A stretch of DNA of 64,000 nt from an uncultured Gemmataceae bacterium. GTDB taxonomy: Bacteria > Planctomycetota > Planctomycetia > Gemmatales > Gemmataceae. Where the stretch lies: NCBI GenBank assembly GCA_963750165.1, contig CAVVPN010000003.1, positions 768,001 to 832,000 of the forward strand, written 5' to 3'. The translations under genes and the position numbers were made by a program. The notes beneath the pieces are model-generated. The model saw nothing but the letters and a program-made list of their open reading frames with translations. It did not search any database and had not been told where the DNA came from. Shown here piece after piece: positions 10,951 to 21,876 of this stretch (position 1 is its first letter; each line of letters opens with the position of its first letter).

Positions 10951-12249
10951 ATGTTGCGGTTGGCCGACCTTCGCGAAATCCTGCGCTATGTGCCGCAGTA
11001 CCGCGACCGCACTTTCGTCATCGCCCTCGACGGCGCCATCGTCGAGGACGACAACTTCCGCAACCTCCTGCTCGACATCGCTCTGGTCCGCAGCCTGCGC
11101 ATCCAGGTGGCGCTCGTCCACGGTGCCGGCCAGCAGATTCGCCGCCTGGCGCAGCAGTCCGGCGTCACGCCGAGCAACCTCGACGGCACCGGCATCACCG
11201 ATGCCGCCACGCACCAGCTGGCCCTGACCGCCGCCAACCGTGTCACGCATGAAATCCTGGAGGGCCTGTCCGCGACCGACCTGCGCGGCGCCTGCGGCAA
11301 CGCCCTGGTGGCACACCCGGCCGGCATCCTGCACGGCGTCGATTACCAGTTCACCGGCCGCGTCGAGCGTGTCGATGTGCCGCTGCTCAAGTCGCTCCTG
11401 GAGCACGACATCATCCCCGTGGTGCCGCCGCTGGGCTGCGATGGCGAGGGCAACACTTACCGCCTCAACTCCGACGCGGTGGCGGTCGAGGTGGCGCGGG
11501 CGCTGCAAGCGGTCAAGCTGATTTACCTGGCCAACGAGTCCGGCATCACCGTGCCGGGCGCCGACGGGGGGCCGCCGGAGCTGGTACGGCAGCTGACGGC
11601 CGAGGAGGGCGACCAGCTGCTGAAAAAGCACCGCGCCGGGCTGCCCAGCGCCATCGCGTCCAAGCTCGGCCAGGCGGTGCGGGCCTGCCGCAGTGGTGTG
11701 CCGCGCGTCCATGTCATCGACGGCCGCGTTGAGGAGGGGCTGCTGGCGGAGGTGTTCTCCAACGAGGGCATCGGCACGCTGGTCCACACCAACGAGTACC
11801 AGGCCATCCGTCGGGCCACGCGCAAGGACGCCCGCGCCATCCACGCCCTGATCCGCGCTGGCGTCGAGAGCGAGGAACTGGTGTCGCGCTCCCTGGTGGA
11901 GATCGAGCAGCAGATCGAGGATTACTACGTCTTCGAGGTGGACCACAACCTGGCGGGCTGCGCGGCCCTGCACGTCTTCCCGGAACAGCGCAAGGGCGAA
12001 CTGGCGTGCGTGTGTGTCGATCCGAAGTTCGAGAACCAGGGCATCGGCGCCCGGCTGATGCAGTACGTCGAGGGCCAGGCGCGGGCGGCGGGGCTGGCGG
12101 AGGTGTTCTGCCTCTCGACGCAGGCGTTCAACTACTTCGTGCAGAAGGGCGGCTACCAGCTGGGCAGCCCGGCGGACCTGCCGCCGCCGCGGCGCGAGCG
12201 CTACGAACGCAGCGGCCGGCGGTCGCAGGTGTTGACCAAGGTGCTGTGA
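10951..12249 (+). CDS. argA: Amino-acid N-acetyltransferase (N-acetylglutamate synthase)
   Basis: Amino-acid kinase domain (LVHGAG, YRLNSD) plus GNAT domain (GELAC, NQGIG, LSTQAFNYF, RRSQVL). Confidence 0.92.
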   Translation: MLRLADLREILRYVPQYRDRTFVIALDGAIVEDDNFRNLLLDIALVRSLRIQVALVHGAGQQIRRLAQQSGVTPSNLDGTGITDAATHQLALTAANRVTHEILEGLSATDLRGACGNALVAHPAGILHGVDYQFTGRVERVDVPLLKSLLEHDIIPVVPPLGCDGEGNTYRLNSDAVAVEVARALQAVKLIYLANESGITVPGADGGPPELVRQLTAEEGDQLLKKHRAGLPSAIASKLGQAVRACRSGVPRVHVIDGRVEEGLLAEVFSNEGIGTLVHTNEYQAIRRATRKDARAIHALIRAGVESEELVSRSLVEIEQQIEDYYVFEVDHNLAGCAALHVFPEQRKGELACVCVDPKFENQGIGARLMQYVEGQARAAGLAEVFCLSTQAFNYFVQKGGYQLGSPADLPPPRRERYERSGRRSQVLTKVL

Positions 12250-12364
12250 TGGTCTGTTGCCCGGTTTCGGACAATATTTTGCTGACAAGCGCGGCGGGCG
12301 CGGTCACAATAAAGTACAACAACTCAGCCCGCGCCTGGACGGTAACAGCGGAGGCAGTGACGCT

Positions 12365-13882
12365 ATGGAGCAAACGGTAGAAGGGCTCTGCAACCAGTTG
12401 GCCCGCAATCGCCTGCTGGACGCGGAGGCCGTGCGCGGCGCCCGCCAGCGCTGGCGCGCCGAGGCCAAAAGCGACGCTGACGATCCCACCCGGTTCGGCA
12501 AATGGCTGATCGCCGGCGGGCTGGTGACCGAGTTTCAACTCGGCATGTTGACGCGCGGCTTTGCCGATCTGCTCTACCTGGGCGACTACAAACTGCTCGA
12601 CCGCATTGGCCAGGGCCGCATGGCCGGCGTCTACAAGGCCGTCCACACGTCCTCGGGCCAGGTGGTCGCCATCAAGGTGCTGCCGCCGTCCAAGGCCAAG
12701 CTGCCGCAGTTGCTGACGCGCTTCCTGCGCGAGGCCCGGCTGGCGGTGCGACTCAACCACCCCAACGTCGTCCGCACCTTCCAGCTCGGCAAGACGAAAT
12801 CCGACCTGCGCTACATCGTCATGGAGTACCTGGACGGCGAGACACTGGAGGACGTGTTGCAGCGGCGCAAGCGGTTGCCGGTGGCCGAGGCGGCGCACGT
12901 ACTGACGCAGGCGCTGCGCGGCCTGGAGCACCTGGACGAGCAGAGCCTGGTGCATCGCGACCTGAAGCCGGCTAACCTGATGCTGGTGCCGGCCCCCGGA
13001 GCGTCCGGCTCGGTGCTGGGCTCGACGGTCAAGATTCTGGACATCGGCCTGGGCCGGGCGCTGTTCGACGAGGGCACGCCCAGCGTCGAGGAAGCCGGCG
13101 ACGTGACCAACGAGGGCACGCTGCTGGGAACGCCGAGCTACATGGCCCCGGAGCAGGCCCGTAGCGCCCACAACGCCGACATCCGCGCCGACCTGTACAG
13201 CCTGGGCTGCGTCTGTTACGAACTGCTGACCGGCCAGACGCCGTACCCGGACAGTAGTTTCGTGCGGCAGATGGTGCGGCACGCGACGGAGGCGCTGAAG
13301 CCGGCGAAGGAACTCAACCCGCAGCTGCCCGACGCGGTGCAGCCGTTGCTCGACAAACTGCTGGCGAAGGATCCGGCGCAGCGCTTCGCCACGCCCGGCC
13401 AGGCGTTCAAGGCGGCGCTGGCGCTGGCGCCGGCCCCGCCCGCGCCGTCCGCCGCCCCACGCTCGGAAGGGCCGCTGCGCAAGTATTTGACCTGGCTGGA
13501 ATCGAGTCCGCCGGACGACGAGGAAGAACCCGCAGTGCCGCCGCCCGCTCCTGTGCGCGCCGCGCCGGCGCCGGCGCCGGTCCCACCCGCTGCCCCGGTG
13601 GCGGCGCCGCCAGCCCGGGTGCGGACGCCCATGCCCACCGTGCCCACGACCCGGCCCACACCGGCGCCCGTCATCCCACCGCGGCCCGCGGCCGTCCCGG
13701 CTGCTCCGGTGGCGACCGTGGCCGCGCCCGCGGCGCCGGCCTGGCCCGGCACGCAGCCGTTGTTCCGGGTCGGCCCGGTGCAGGTCTGCCCGCGCGACCT
13801 GATTGGCGCCGGCGTGGGCATTGGCGTCCTGTTGCTGTTTGAGGTGCTGATCTGGCTGCTCATTTTGCTGTTCCGCGGATAG
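12365..13882 (+). CDS. Ser/Thr protein kinase with Pro/Ala-rich linker and C-terminal TM helix
   Basis: IGQGRMAGVY, VAIK, HRDLKPAN, DIGLG, GTPSYMAPEQ, DLYSLG. Confidence 0.93.
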   Translation: MEQTVEGLCNQLARNRLLDAEAVRGARQRWRAEAKSDADDPTRFGKWLIAGGLVTEFQLGMLTRGFADLLYLGDYKLLDRIGQGRMAGVYKAVHTSSGQVVAIKVLPPSKAKLPQLLTRFLREARLAVRLNHPNVVRTFQLGKTKSDLRYIVMEYLDGETLEDVLQRRKRLPVAEAAHVLTQALRGLEHLDEQSLVHRDLKPANLMLVPAPGASGSVLGSTVKILDIGLGRALFDEGTPSVEEAGDVTNEGTLLGTPSYMAPEQARSAHNADIRADLYSLGCVCYELLTGQTPYPDSSFVRQMVRHATEALKPAKELNPQLPDAVQPLLDKLLAKDPAQRFATPGQAFKAALALAPAPPAPSAAPRSEGPLRKYLTWLESSPPDDEEEPAVPPPAPVRAAPAPAPVPPAAPVAAPPARVRTPMPTVPTTRPTPAPVIPPRPAAVPAAPVATVAAPAAPAWPGTQPLFRVGPVQVCPRDLIGAGVGIGVLLLFEVLIWLLILLFRG

Positions 13883-13900
13883 AGCTTGGATTTTCGTGGT

Positions 13901-13964
13901 GGGTCCGAGCCCGAGCGCCAGCGCGGGGCCAAGCGGCCACCGCGCTGGCGCTCGGGCTCCGACC
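13901..13964. repeat. REP-like palindromic repeat, family B (GAGCCCGAGCGCCAGCG)
   Basis: Inverted pair; further copies at about 38151-38208 and 57828-57880. Confidence 0.85.
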
Positions 13965-13985
13965 AGAATTATTGGAGAACCGCCG

Positions 13986-15116
13986 ATGTCTCCGCTGCGT
14001 TTCTGTCTCGCTGCCGTGCTGCTGTCCCCGCTGCTGGCCGCGCCCGCCGCGGCCCAGGGACCGCAGAAGAAGGAGCGCCACTTCCTCTATGTCGCCTCAC
14101 CCGGCGTCCGCAACTACGTCAACTGGGGCGGCGCCGGCATCCTCGTCTTCGACATGGACAACGGCTACAAGTTCGTCAAGCGCATCCAGACGCCCGCCAG
14201 CCAGGTCGAGAAGCCCGAGAACATCAAGGGTGTCTGCGCCTGCGCCGCCACCAAAAAGCTGTATTTCACCACGCTCACGAAGCTCTACTGCGTCGATCTG
14301 ACGACCGAGAAGACGCTCTGGGAGAAGAAACTGCCCGACGGCTGCGACCGCATGTCGATCACGCCGGACGGCAAGACGCTGTACGTGCCGACCTTCGAGA
14401 AGGCCCACTGGAACATCATCAATGCGGCGACCGGCGACCTCGTCAAGCGTGTCGAGCCCAACAGCGGCGCCCACAACACCGTGTGCAGCCTCGATGGCAC
14501 GCGCATGTACCTGGCCGGCCTGCGTTCGCCGCTGCTGACGGTGTACGACCCGCGTTCGCACCAGGAGCAGAAGTCGTGCGGCCCCTTCAGCGCCGCCATC
14601 CGGCCGTTCACCGTCAACGCTGATAAATCGCTCTGCTACGTCACTGTCAACGGTTTGCTCGGCTTCGAGATCGGCGACCTGAACAGTGGCAAGAAACTGC
14701 ACCGCGTCGAGGTGCAGGGCTTCAAAACGGGACCGGTGAAGCGGCACGGTTGCCCCAGCCACGGCGTCGGCCTGACGCCGGACGAGAAGGAAGTCTGGGT
14801 GGTTGATGGCCATAACAGTCACGTCCACGTCTTCGACAACACGGTGATGCCGCCCAAACAGACGGTGAGCGTCAAGCTGCGCGAGCAGCCGGGCTGGGTG
14901 ACCTTCAGCCTGGACGGTCGTCACGCTTACCTGTCCACCGGCGAGGTCATCGACACGCGGACGAAGAAGATCGTCGCCACGCTCACCGATGAGGAGGGCC
15001 GCGAAGTCCACAGTGAAAAGGTCGTCGAGATCGTGTTCCTTGACGGCGTGCCGGTGCTGAACGGCGACCAGTTCGGGTTGGGCCGCAAGGGCAGAGCGCC
15101 GGTCGAGAAGAAGTGA
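13986..15116 (+). CDS. Secreted YVTN/YncE-like beta-propeller protein
   Basis: Signal peptide; repeated SITPDGKTLYV, GLTPDEKEVWV, FSLDGRHAYL blades. Confidence 0.8.
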   Translation: MSPLRFCLAAVLLSPLLAAPAAAQGPQKKERHFLYVASPGVRNYVNWGGAGILVFDMDNGYKFVKRIQTPASQVEKPENIKGVCACAATKKLYFTTLTKLYCVDLTTEKTLWEKKLPDGCDRMSITPDGKTLYVPTFEKAHWNIINAATGDLVKRVEPNSGAHNTVCSLDGTRMYLAGLRSPLLTVYDPRSHQEQKSCGPFSAAIRPFTVNADKSLCYVTVNGLLGFEIGDLNSGKKLHRVEVQGFKTGPVKRHGCPSHGVGLTPDEKEVWVVDGHNSHVHVFDNTVMPPKQTVSVKLREQPGWVTFSLDGRHAYLSTGEVIDTRTKKIVATLTDEEGREVHSEKVVEIVFLDGVPVLNGDQFGLGRKGRAPVEKK

Positions 15117-15125
15117 CGCCGCTCC

Positions 15126-15192
15126 GGCGAGCGGCGCGGCGTCAGCCCGCCGTGTTGGGGACAGCACGGCGGGCTGACGCCGCGCCGCTCGC
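15126..15192. repeat. REP-like repeat, family A
   Basis: Same inverted pair as 1846-1915. Confidence 0.85.
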
Positions 15193-15269
15193 TGGGCACG
15201 CCTTGCGGGATTTTGCTATGATGAAGAAAACAAGTTCGCCGCCGGATAAATACCTCCGTGAAATCCACT

Positions 15270-16844
15270 ATGATCGAGAAACTACTTGCGGTCTTACAGC
15301 CCGCCGTACAGGAACTCCTAACCATCGCGGCAGACAACGAACAGATACGCGGAGTCTTCCGCAAACTGGGCGAGAACCTTCAAAAGCAGTTTGAACAACC
15401 ACCGTCCGAGAGCCCCCAGTCAGAACCCGTCGCCGCTGTTCCGCCCGCCGTCACCGCCCCGCCGCCGTCCGTGGCCCCGGTCTTACCGGCCCGCATTTTG
15501 ACGCCGGCACCGCCGCCGCCCCCGGTCTTCGTGCCGCCGCAACCGCTGGCCGACCCCGCGCCGGCGGCCCGGGCCGTCCGGTTCGGCGAGCCCTGGGCGC
15601 CCGGGTTCGGCGTCGAAAAGGATCTGCCACTCATTGAGGAGCGCTGCCGGCTCAAGGCGGAGGGGGCGCACTGGGCGGCAACGCGCAAGCGCCGCCTGAA
15701 GGACGGCGCCGACTTCGCCACCGACATCGAGCCGCACGACACCGCCATCATCGCGCGGGCCAAGCAGCTGCCCAGCTGCTTTCTGTGGATGTGCCACCCC
15801 AGCGGCCCGGCGCCCGCCAACCTGGACCAGTACGAGGAACTCGCCGGCTGCTTCGAGGCGGCGGCGGACGCGGCGGCGCTGCTGTCTCAGGTGGAGCAGC
15901 ACGCCGGCGGTGACCGAACCGTCCTGGAACAGGCGTTCCATCTGGCCGCCGAGGCCCAGTCGGCGCTGCGCGTGGCCGTCACCGCCATCGGCTCCGCCAA
16001 CCCGGACGGCGACCAGGCCCGCCTGTTCGGCTGGCTGCGCTCCGCCGCCCAGGAGCATCAAATCTGGATCAGCCGCTACATGCGCCAGGACGATCCCGCC
16101 GACCCGGTCCAGTGGGTGAAGTTGCGCGAGCGGCTCAAGCAGTGCGGCGAGTCGGTCAACCGCTTCAAGGACCGCGACAAGCGCCGCAAGAAACTCCTGA
16201 GCAAGATCAAGTACCACGTCAAGCGCATCCAGGCCGACCCCGACGCGGACCCCGGCGACGACTGGCGGCCGGTGATCGAGGCCGCCGACCAGCTGGTGGA
16301 CGAGGGCGTGCCGCCCAGCAACAGCGAACTGCGCGAACTGCTGCTGCCGATCCTGGACGAAATCCCCGAGAACCTGGAAGTCCCGAAGAACTTCAGCCTG
16401 GTGATGCGCGAGGCCGACCGCTACCTGGCCGCCAGCCCGCCGCGGCCCATCCAGCCGGTCGAGGCGGCGCCCAGCCCGGAGGTACGCCGCGCTGCCGAGC
16501 TGGTCGGCGGCCGTGCGGTGGTGCTGATCGGCGGTGTCAAGCGGCCGCAGCAGGCCGAGGCGCTGACCGAGGTGCTGGGGCTCAAGGAGTTGATCTGGGT
16601 GGAGGGCCGCGATCAGACGTACAAGGATTTCGAGCCGCACGTGGCCAACGAGGACGTGGCGTGTGTGGTGCTGGCGATCCGTTGGTCGCGGCACGGCTTC
16701 GGTGAGGTCAAGGAGTTCTGCCACAAATACGGCAAGCCGTTGGTGCGGCTGCCGGGCGGTTACAACCCGCGGCAGGTGGCGTACCACATCGTCAACCAGG
16801 TCGGCGACCGCCTGGCGGCGGGCTCGCAGATGCTGACGGGGTGA
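15270..16844 (+). CDS. Hypothetical protein with C-terminal DUF2325-like domain
   Basis: Long ORF with GC-type codon usage; C-terminus VVLIGG...VACVVLAIRWSRH...KEFCHKYGKPLVRL. Confidence 0.6.
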   Translation: MIEKLLAVLQPAVQELLTIAADNEQIRGVFRKLGENLQKQFEQPPSESPQSEPVAAVPPAVTAPPPSVAPVLPARILTPAPPPPPVFVPPQPLADPAPAARAVRFGEPWAPGFGVEKDLPLIEERCRLKAEGAHWAATRKRRLKDGADFATDIEPHDTAIIARAKQLPSCFLWMCHPSGPAPANLDQYEELAGCFEAAADAAALLSQVEQHAGGDRTVLEQAFHLAAEAQSALRVAVTAIGSANPDGDQARLFGWLRSAAQEHQIWISRYMRQDDPADPVQWVKLRERLKQCGESVNRFKDRDKRRKKLLSKIKYHVKRIQADPDADPGDDWRPVIEAADQLVDEGVPPSNSELRELLLPILDEIPENLEVPKNFSLVMREADRYLAASPPRPIQPVEAAPSPEVRRAAELVGGRAVVLIGGVKRPQQAEALTEVLGLKELIWVEGRDQTYKDFEPHVANEDVACVVLAIRWSRHGFGEVKEFCHKYGKPLVRLPGGYNPRQVAYHIVNQVGDRLAAGSQMLTG

Positions 16845-16853
16845 GCTGTTCTT

Positions 16854-16889
16854 CGTTTACGGTTCGCGCGGGCGCGCGAACCGTAAACG
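16854..16889. terminator. Perfect 17-bp hairpin between convergent genes
   Basis: CGTTTACGGTTCGCGCG-gg-CGCGCGAACCGTAAACG. Confidence 0.6.
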
Positions 16890-16899
16890 GGCTGCAACA

Positions 16900-18435
16900 T
16901 CAGTCGCCGGTTGATCGGTTCGCGTCCCAGTGCTCCGCGCGGCGCACGAACACCAGCAGGTTGCCGCGCTGGTACGTCCGCCGCCAGCACGGCGACGCCT
17001 CGACGCGCGGCAGCAGCCCGGTGCGGCGGTGGTAGTCCGCATCCAGCACCAGGTAATCCACCTGGTAGCGGTCCAAAATGGCCTGCCAGTCCGGCCGGCC
17101 GGTGGTGACGCCGGCGTACTCGTCCCAGACCTCATCGGGGTACATGTCGATGCGCACGTCCAAAAAGACCTTGCAGTCCGGCGCGGCGGCGTAGGTGTAG
17201 TAGGCGGACCACTCCAGACGGCTGAAAAGGTTGCCGCCGGGGTCGGTGCGGCGCAGGTGGCGGTAGGCCGCTTCCAGTTCGTCCTCGACGCGCGGCCCGG
17301 AGCGGTTGACGCGCAGCAGCGGGTTGGCCGCCTGCAACGGCGGCAGGCAGAACACCACCGCGCACACGATCAGCGCGAAGAAAGCCGCGGCGGCGGCGGA
17401 GGGCCGCCGTTCGGCAGCGCGGTCGGCGGCGGTGCGCGCCGGCAGCAACCGCACCAGCAGGGTGGCGCTGACAGGCGCAATCACCAGCAGCCACCACGCG
17501 ACCATGCGGATCGAGTGGCACGCCAGCGGCAGAAAGCAGGCGATCAGGCACAGTTCACGCGCCGTCGGCCGGCGCCCAGTGCGCCGCCACACCGCCAGGT
17601 ACAGCCCAGCCAGCCACGGCAGCGACGCGAAGAAGGCGACGCCCGCCCACTGGTCGAAACTCGGCGGCACCCACTCGTCAATGCGGCGGGCGCTGGCCCG
17701 CGCGGAGGTGTTGCCGACGAACTGGTACACCCACGGGCCGTAAGGATTAATCGCCGTCGCCGCCACGCACGCCGCCAGGCACAGCAGCAGCCGGCGCAGC
17801 CGCACGTCGCGCAACAGGCCGTCCCCCTGTCGCCACGCCCGCCACGCTGCCGCCGCCACGAAGCAGCCGATCAGCAGCAGGCCGCCCGGAAACGCCCCGT
17901 GCAGGTTGGCCCACAGCGCCAGCAGCGGCGGCGGCACGAACAACCACGCCGCACGCTGTTCCGAACGGTCGAGCACGTCGTAGAGCACCACGAACAGCAG
18001 CAGCGACATCGTTTGCGGCCGCAGCGTGAGCAACTGCCACAGGCCGAGGAACGTGACCACCCCGACCACCGCCGCGACGCCCAGCGAATCGGCGGCCCGC
18101 CGGCAAAACGCCACCAGCCAGCCGAACATCAGCGCCAGCAGCGCCGCGTTGACGCACTGCACCAGGTCCAGACCGCCGCGCTCGAAGAGGGCATGGTAGC
18201 CCAGCTGGGTGAGCCAGTTCACGTCCTGGAAGGCCAGGCCGGGGACCGTGAAGGTGAACAGATCGTGATCGACGAGACGGCCCTGCTGCGCCATGGCTCG
18301 GCCGCGCGCCAGGTGGTGCCAGAAGTCCTGGAAGTAATTGCGCTCGGTCGCCAGGGCCATGAAGACCAGCGCCGGCACAATGGCGGTCCGCACCCAGGCG
18401 TTCGTCGGCAGCCAGTGCCGCAGCCGTTCGGTCAT
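16900..18435 (-). CDS. Polytopic membrane protein (GT-C-like)
   Basis: DFWHHLARGR, RPQ, LWANLHG motifs, many TM segments, soluble C-terminal VFLDVRIDMY. Confidence 0.7.
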   Translation of the reverse strand: MTERLRHWLPTNAWVRTAIVPALVFMALATERNYFQDFWHHLARGRAMAQQGRLVDHDLFTFTVPGLAFQDVNWLTQLGYHALFERGGLDLVQCVNAALLALMFGWLVAFCRRAADSLGVAAVVGVVTFLGLWQLLTLRPQTMSLLLFVVLYDVLDRSEQRAAWLFVPPPLLALWANLHGAFPGGLLLIGCFVAAAAWRAWRQGDGLLRDVRLRRLLLCLAACVAATAINPYGPWVYQFVGNTSARASARRIDEWVPPSFDQWAGVAFFASLPWLAGLYLAVWRRTGRRPTARELCLIACFLPLACHSIRMVAWWLLVIAPVSATLLVRLLPARTAADRAAERRPSAAAAAFFALIVCAVVFCLPPLQAANPLLRVNRSGPRVEDELEAAYRHLRRTDPGGNLFSRLEWSAYYTYAAAPDCKVFLDVRIDMYPDEVWDEYAGVTTGRPDWQAILDRYQVDYLVLDADYHRRTGLLPRVEASPCWRRTYQRGNLLVFVRRAEHWDANRSTGD

Positions 18436-18742
18436 TGCGCTCCCCCTTGCTCACCGCGGGCTGCGCAAGTTTAGGATGCGTTTGCTGTCCCCGCTCAATT
18501 CTGAGCCCGAAGCGCCCGTTTTGAGACTGCGCGCTATGTGGATCGGAAATATGGGTGGTGATCTCCTGCTGGCGCTCGGGCTCGGCCCCGGCATAACAAC
18601 CCAGGGCGCTCCGCGCTAAGCCGCAAGCGGCAGAACAAGAGATCCGCAGCCGCAACCAGTCTCCGTCAAGGTACGGCCGGGACCGTCCGATAAAGCATAT
18701 ACACCCTTCTCGACTTCACCACCCCGACGCGAGGGAACCCCA

Positions 18743-20592
18743 ATGACGCCATCGTTGTCGCGGCGCGACCTGTTCAAGCTCATGACCGCCGGCGGCGTCG
18801 CCGCTCTGCCAGTTCCCTTCGCCCAGGCCAACTGGCGGCAACCGCCCGGCTGGGTCGTCGGCAACATGACCGGCGCCGAGGCCCTCGTCGAGGCGCTGCT
18901 CGCGGAGGGCACCTGCTGCGTTTTTGGCATCCCCGGCGCCCAGCAGAACGAACTGTGGGACACCATCAAGAGCAAACACCTGCCGTATCTGCTCGTCACT
19001 CACGAGTTCTCCGCGGCGGGGATGGCCGACGGCTACGCCCGGGTCACCGGCCGGCCGGGCGTCCTCTGCGTCGTGCCCGGCCCCGGCCTGACCAACTCGC
19101 TGTCCGGCCTCGGCGAAGCCCTGCTCGACAGCGTACCGGTGGTGTGCGTCGTCGGCGATGTCGCGGTCGGCCCCCACGCCCATGCCTTCCAGGTCCACGC
19201 GCTGCCGCAGGCCGACCTGCTGCGACCGGTCACCAAGGAAGTGATCGTCGTGCAGCACGCCGGCCAGATCGCCGACGCGGTGCGGCAGGCGTTCCGCCTC
19301 GCCTGCTGCGGCGAACCGGGACCGGTCGGCGTCGTCGTGCCGTACAACTTCCTCATTGAGACGCAGCGCTACAACAGCGGCCCGCTCGAACCGTGCCCGC
19401 TGCCGTGGGACGAGGCCGCTTTCCAGCGAGCGCTGGCGCTGCTCGCCAACCAGCGGCTGCGCGTCGGCATCTACGCCGGCTGGGGCTGCATGAATTACGC
19501 GCCGGCGCTGGTGCATGTCGCGGAGATGCTGCAGGCGCCGGTCGCCACCAGCATGATGGGCAAGGGCGCCTTCCCGGAGAACCATCCGCTGTCGGTCGGC
19601 TGGGGTTACGGGCCGCAGGGCACGCGCGCCGCCGAGCAGGCCTTTCGCCACGTTGATGTCGTGCTGGCCCTCGGCGTCAAGTACAGCGAGGTGTCCACCG
19701 GCTTCTACTCGCAACCGCAGACGCGCCATCTTATCCAGGTGGACATCAACCCGCACAACCTCGGCCGCGTCATGCGCACTGACGTGTGCGTCAACGCTGA
19801 CGCCGGGCTGTTCCTGCAGCACCTCGAAGGCCAGGCCAGCTGTCTGCGGCGGCCGGGCGACCGCCACCTGGTCGAAGCCATCGCCCGGCACAAGGCGGAC
19901 GACCTGCGCCAGTACCAGGCGGTGTTCGCGACACCGTGCGGTGTTGATCCAATGGCGTTCATCCTGGCGCTGCGGCGGCACACGGCGCCGGACGCGCTGA
20001 CGTTTGTGGACGTGACCTGTTCGCAGTACTGGGCGACCGAGGCGTACACCACCGTGCAGCCGCGGACGTTCTTCAACCCGACCAACAACCAGGCGATGGG
20101 CTGGTCGATCCCGGCGGCGCTGGGGGCGCAGATGGCGTTCCCGAGCCGGCAGACGGTGACGATCACCGGCGATGGCTGCTTTTTGATGTCGGCGATGGAG
20201 ATTTCCACGGCGGCGCGGCGCACCTGCCGGTGAAGTTTTTTATCCTCGACGACCAGGCGTATCACTACATGCAGCTGCTGCAACGGCCGGCGTACCTGCG
20301 GACGACGGCGACGATCCTGACGCGGCTGGACTACCGGGCGCTGTCGCAGGGCTGGGGCGTGGCGTACCAGGAAATTGCCTGTGCGGCGGACCTGGAGCCG
20401 GTGATTTGTGGGGCGCTGCAGTACGCGGGGCCGGTGCTGGTGCGCGTGGTCACGGATTACCGGCGCCGGCCGATCCGCTGGATCAACGCCGCCCGCGCCC
20501 GGTACACGCAGGAGCTGACCACCGAGCAGAAGGTGCGCTTCCTGGCCCGCATCGGTTCGCGGTCGCTGGACTTCCACCCCAACAACGACTGA
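18743..20592 (+). CDS. Thiamine-diphosphate-binding protein (acetolactate synthase-like) with Tat-type signal, apparent frameshift near 20220
   Basis: FGIPG, HEFSAAGMADGYAR, PGPG, GDGCFLM; C-terminus in ORF 20230-20592. Confidence 0.82.
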
Positions 20593-20598
20593 AAAAGA

Positions 20599-20701
20599 AA
20601 ATTCACCCCAGAGAACGCGGAGAGTGCAGAGAAAAGACAAAGAGTGGTTCTTTCATTCTTTGTCTTTTCTCTGCACTCTCCGCGTTCTCTGGGGTGAATT
20701 T
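20599..20701. repeat. Perfect 45-bp inverted repeat (MITE/REP-like)
   Basis: 20599-20643 is the exact reverse complement of 20657-20701. Confidence 0.85.
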
Positions 20702-20854
20702 CTTCTGTTAAACTGCTCTGGTAATCCCCCCGGCCTTTGGCATATAACTACGCCCCGGCAGCGAAGAAGCGGCCGTGAACTCCAACCCATGGTGGGTCTT
20801 ACCACGTCCGCCCGTGTTGTCTGGTTCTCTTTTTTTCCCGGAACAGGTGCGGTC

Positions 20855-21670
20855 ATGGCAAACGCACAACCCGCGCGCATTCACCCGACGGCGGTGATTT
20901 CGCCTGAAGCGGAACTGGCCGAAGATGTCGAGGTCGGCCCGCATGTGGTGATTGAGGGCCGGGTTCGCGTCGGGCCGGAATGCGTGCTGCGGCCGGGCGT
21001 CCACCTGTTCGGGCCGTTGACGCTGGGCCGCGGCAACCTGCTCTACTCCGGCGTTGTGCTCGGCGAACGACCGCAACACTCCAAATACAACGGCGAGCCC
21101 ACCGGCCTGGAAATCGGCGACCACAACATCTTCCGCGAGCACGCCACGGTCCACCGCGCCACCACCAACTCGTGGACGACGCGCATCGGCAGTCACAACT
21201 TCTTCATGGCCAACAGCCACGTCGCCCACGACTGCGTGGTCGGCAATCACTGCATCCTGGCCAACGGGGCGCTGGTGGGGGGCCACTGTGAGTTGCACGA
21301 CGGCGCTTACCTGTCCGGCAACTGTGCGGTGCATCAGTTCGTGCGCGTCGGCCGGCTGGCCATGCTCAGCGGCTGTTCCGGCACCACCAAGGACATCCCG
21401 CCGTTCATCATCCAGCAGAACATTGATTCGGTGGTCGGCGTCAACGTCGTCGGCATGCGCCGCGCCGGCATCGACCACGCCCAGATCAACGCCGTGCGCC
21501 AGGCCTTCCGCGTGCTGTTCCGCGAGGGCCGCGTGCTGCCGCAGGCGCTGCTGGTGCTGGAACGCGACCACGCCGAGGTGCCGGCCGTCCTGGAAATGGT
21601 GGCCTTCCTGCGCCAGGCACGGCGCGGCATCAACCCCATCCGCTCGCGCGGCCGCGAAGAAGCCGCCTGA
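20855..21670 (+). CDS. lpxA: Acyl-ACP--UDP-GlcNAc O-acyltransferase
   Basis: IHPTAVI, hexapeptide repeats, FREHATVHRAT, SHVAHDC, VHQFVRVG, VNVVGMRRAG. Confidence 0.93.
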   Translation: MANAQPARIHPTAVISPEAELAEDVEVGPHVVIEGRVRVGPECVLRPGVHLFGPLTLGRGNLLYSGVVLGERPQHSKYNGEPTGLEIGDHNIFREHATVHRATTNSWTTRIGSHNFFMANSHVAHDCVVGNHCILANGALVGGHCELHDGAYLSGNCAVHQFVRVGRLAMLSGCSGTTKDIPPFIIQQNIDSVVGVNVVGMRRAGIDHAQINAVRQAFRVLFREGRVLPQALLVLERDHAEVPAVLEMVAFLRQARRGINPIRSRGREEAA

Positions 21671-21707
21671 GGATGAGGGGGAGAGAGGGTGACAAGACAA
21701 CTGCTGT

Positions 21708-21764
21708 CTCCCCCTCTCCCCCTCTCCCCCTCTCCCCCTCTCCCCCTCATCCCCTCATCCCCTC
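21708..21764. repeat. Tandem CCCCTCTC/CCCCTCAT 8-mer low-complexity repeat
   Basis: Seen directly; a similar CCCCTCA run lies at 6288-6316. Confidence 0.7.
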
Positions 21765-21876
21765 GCTTTGCCACTCCCGTGTGATAGAATGATGAAACCG
21801 ATAGCGTCGCCGCCGCCTCTTTTCTGAAGGCCGTGTGGCCGTTTCCTAGCAACTAAAGCCTCCGGGAGTTTCCCCC

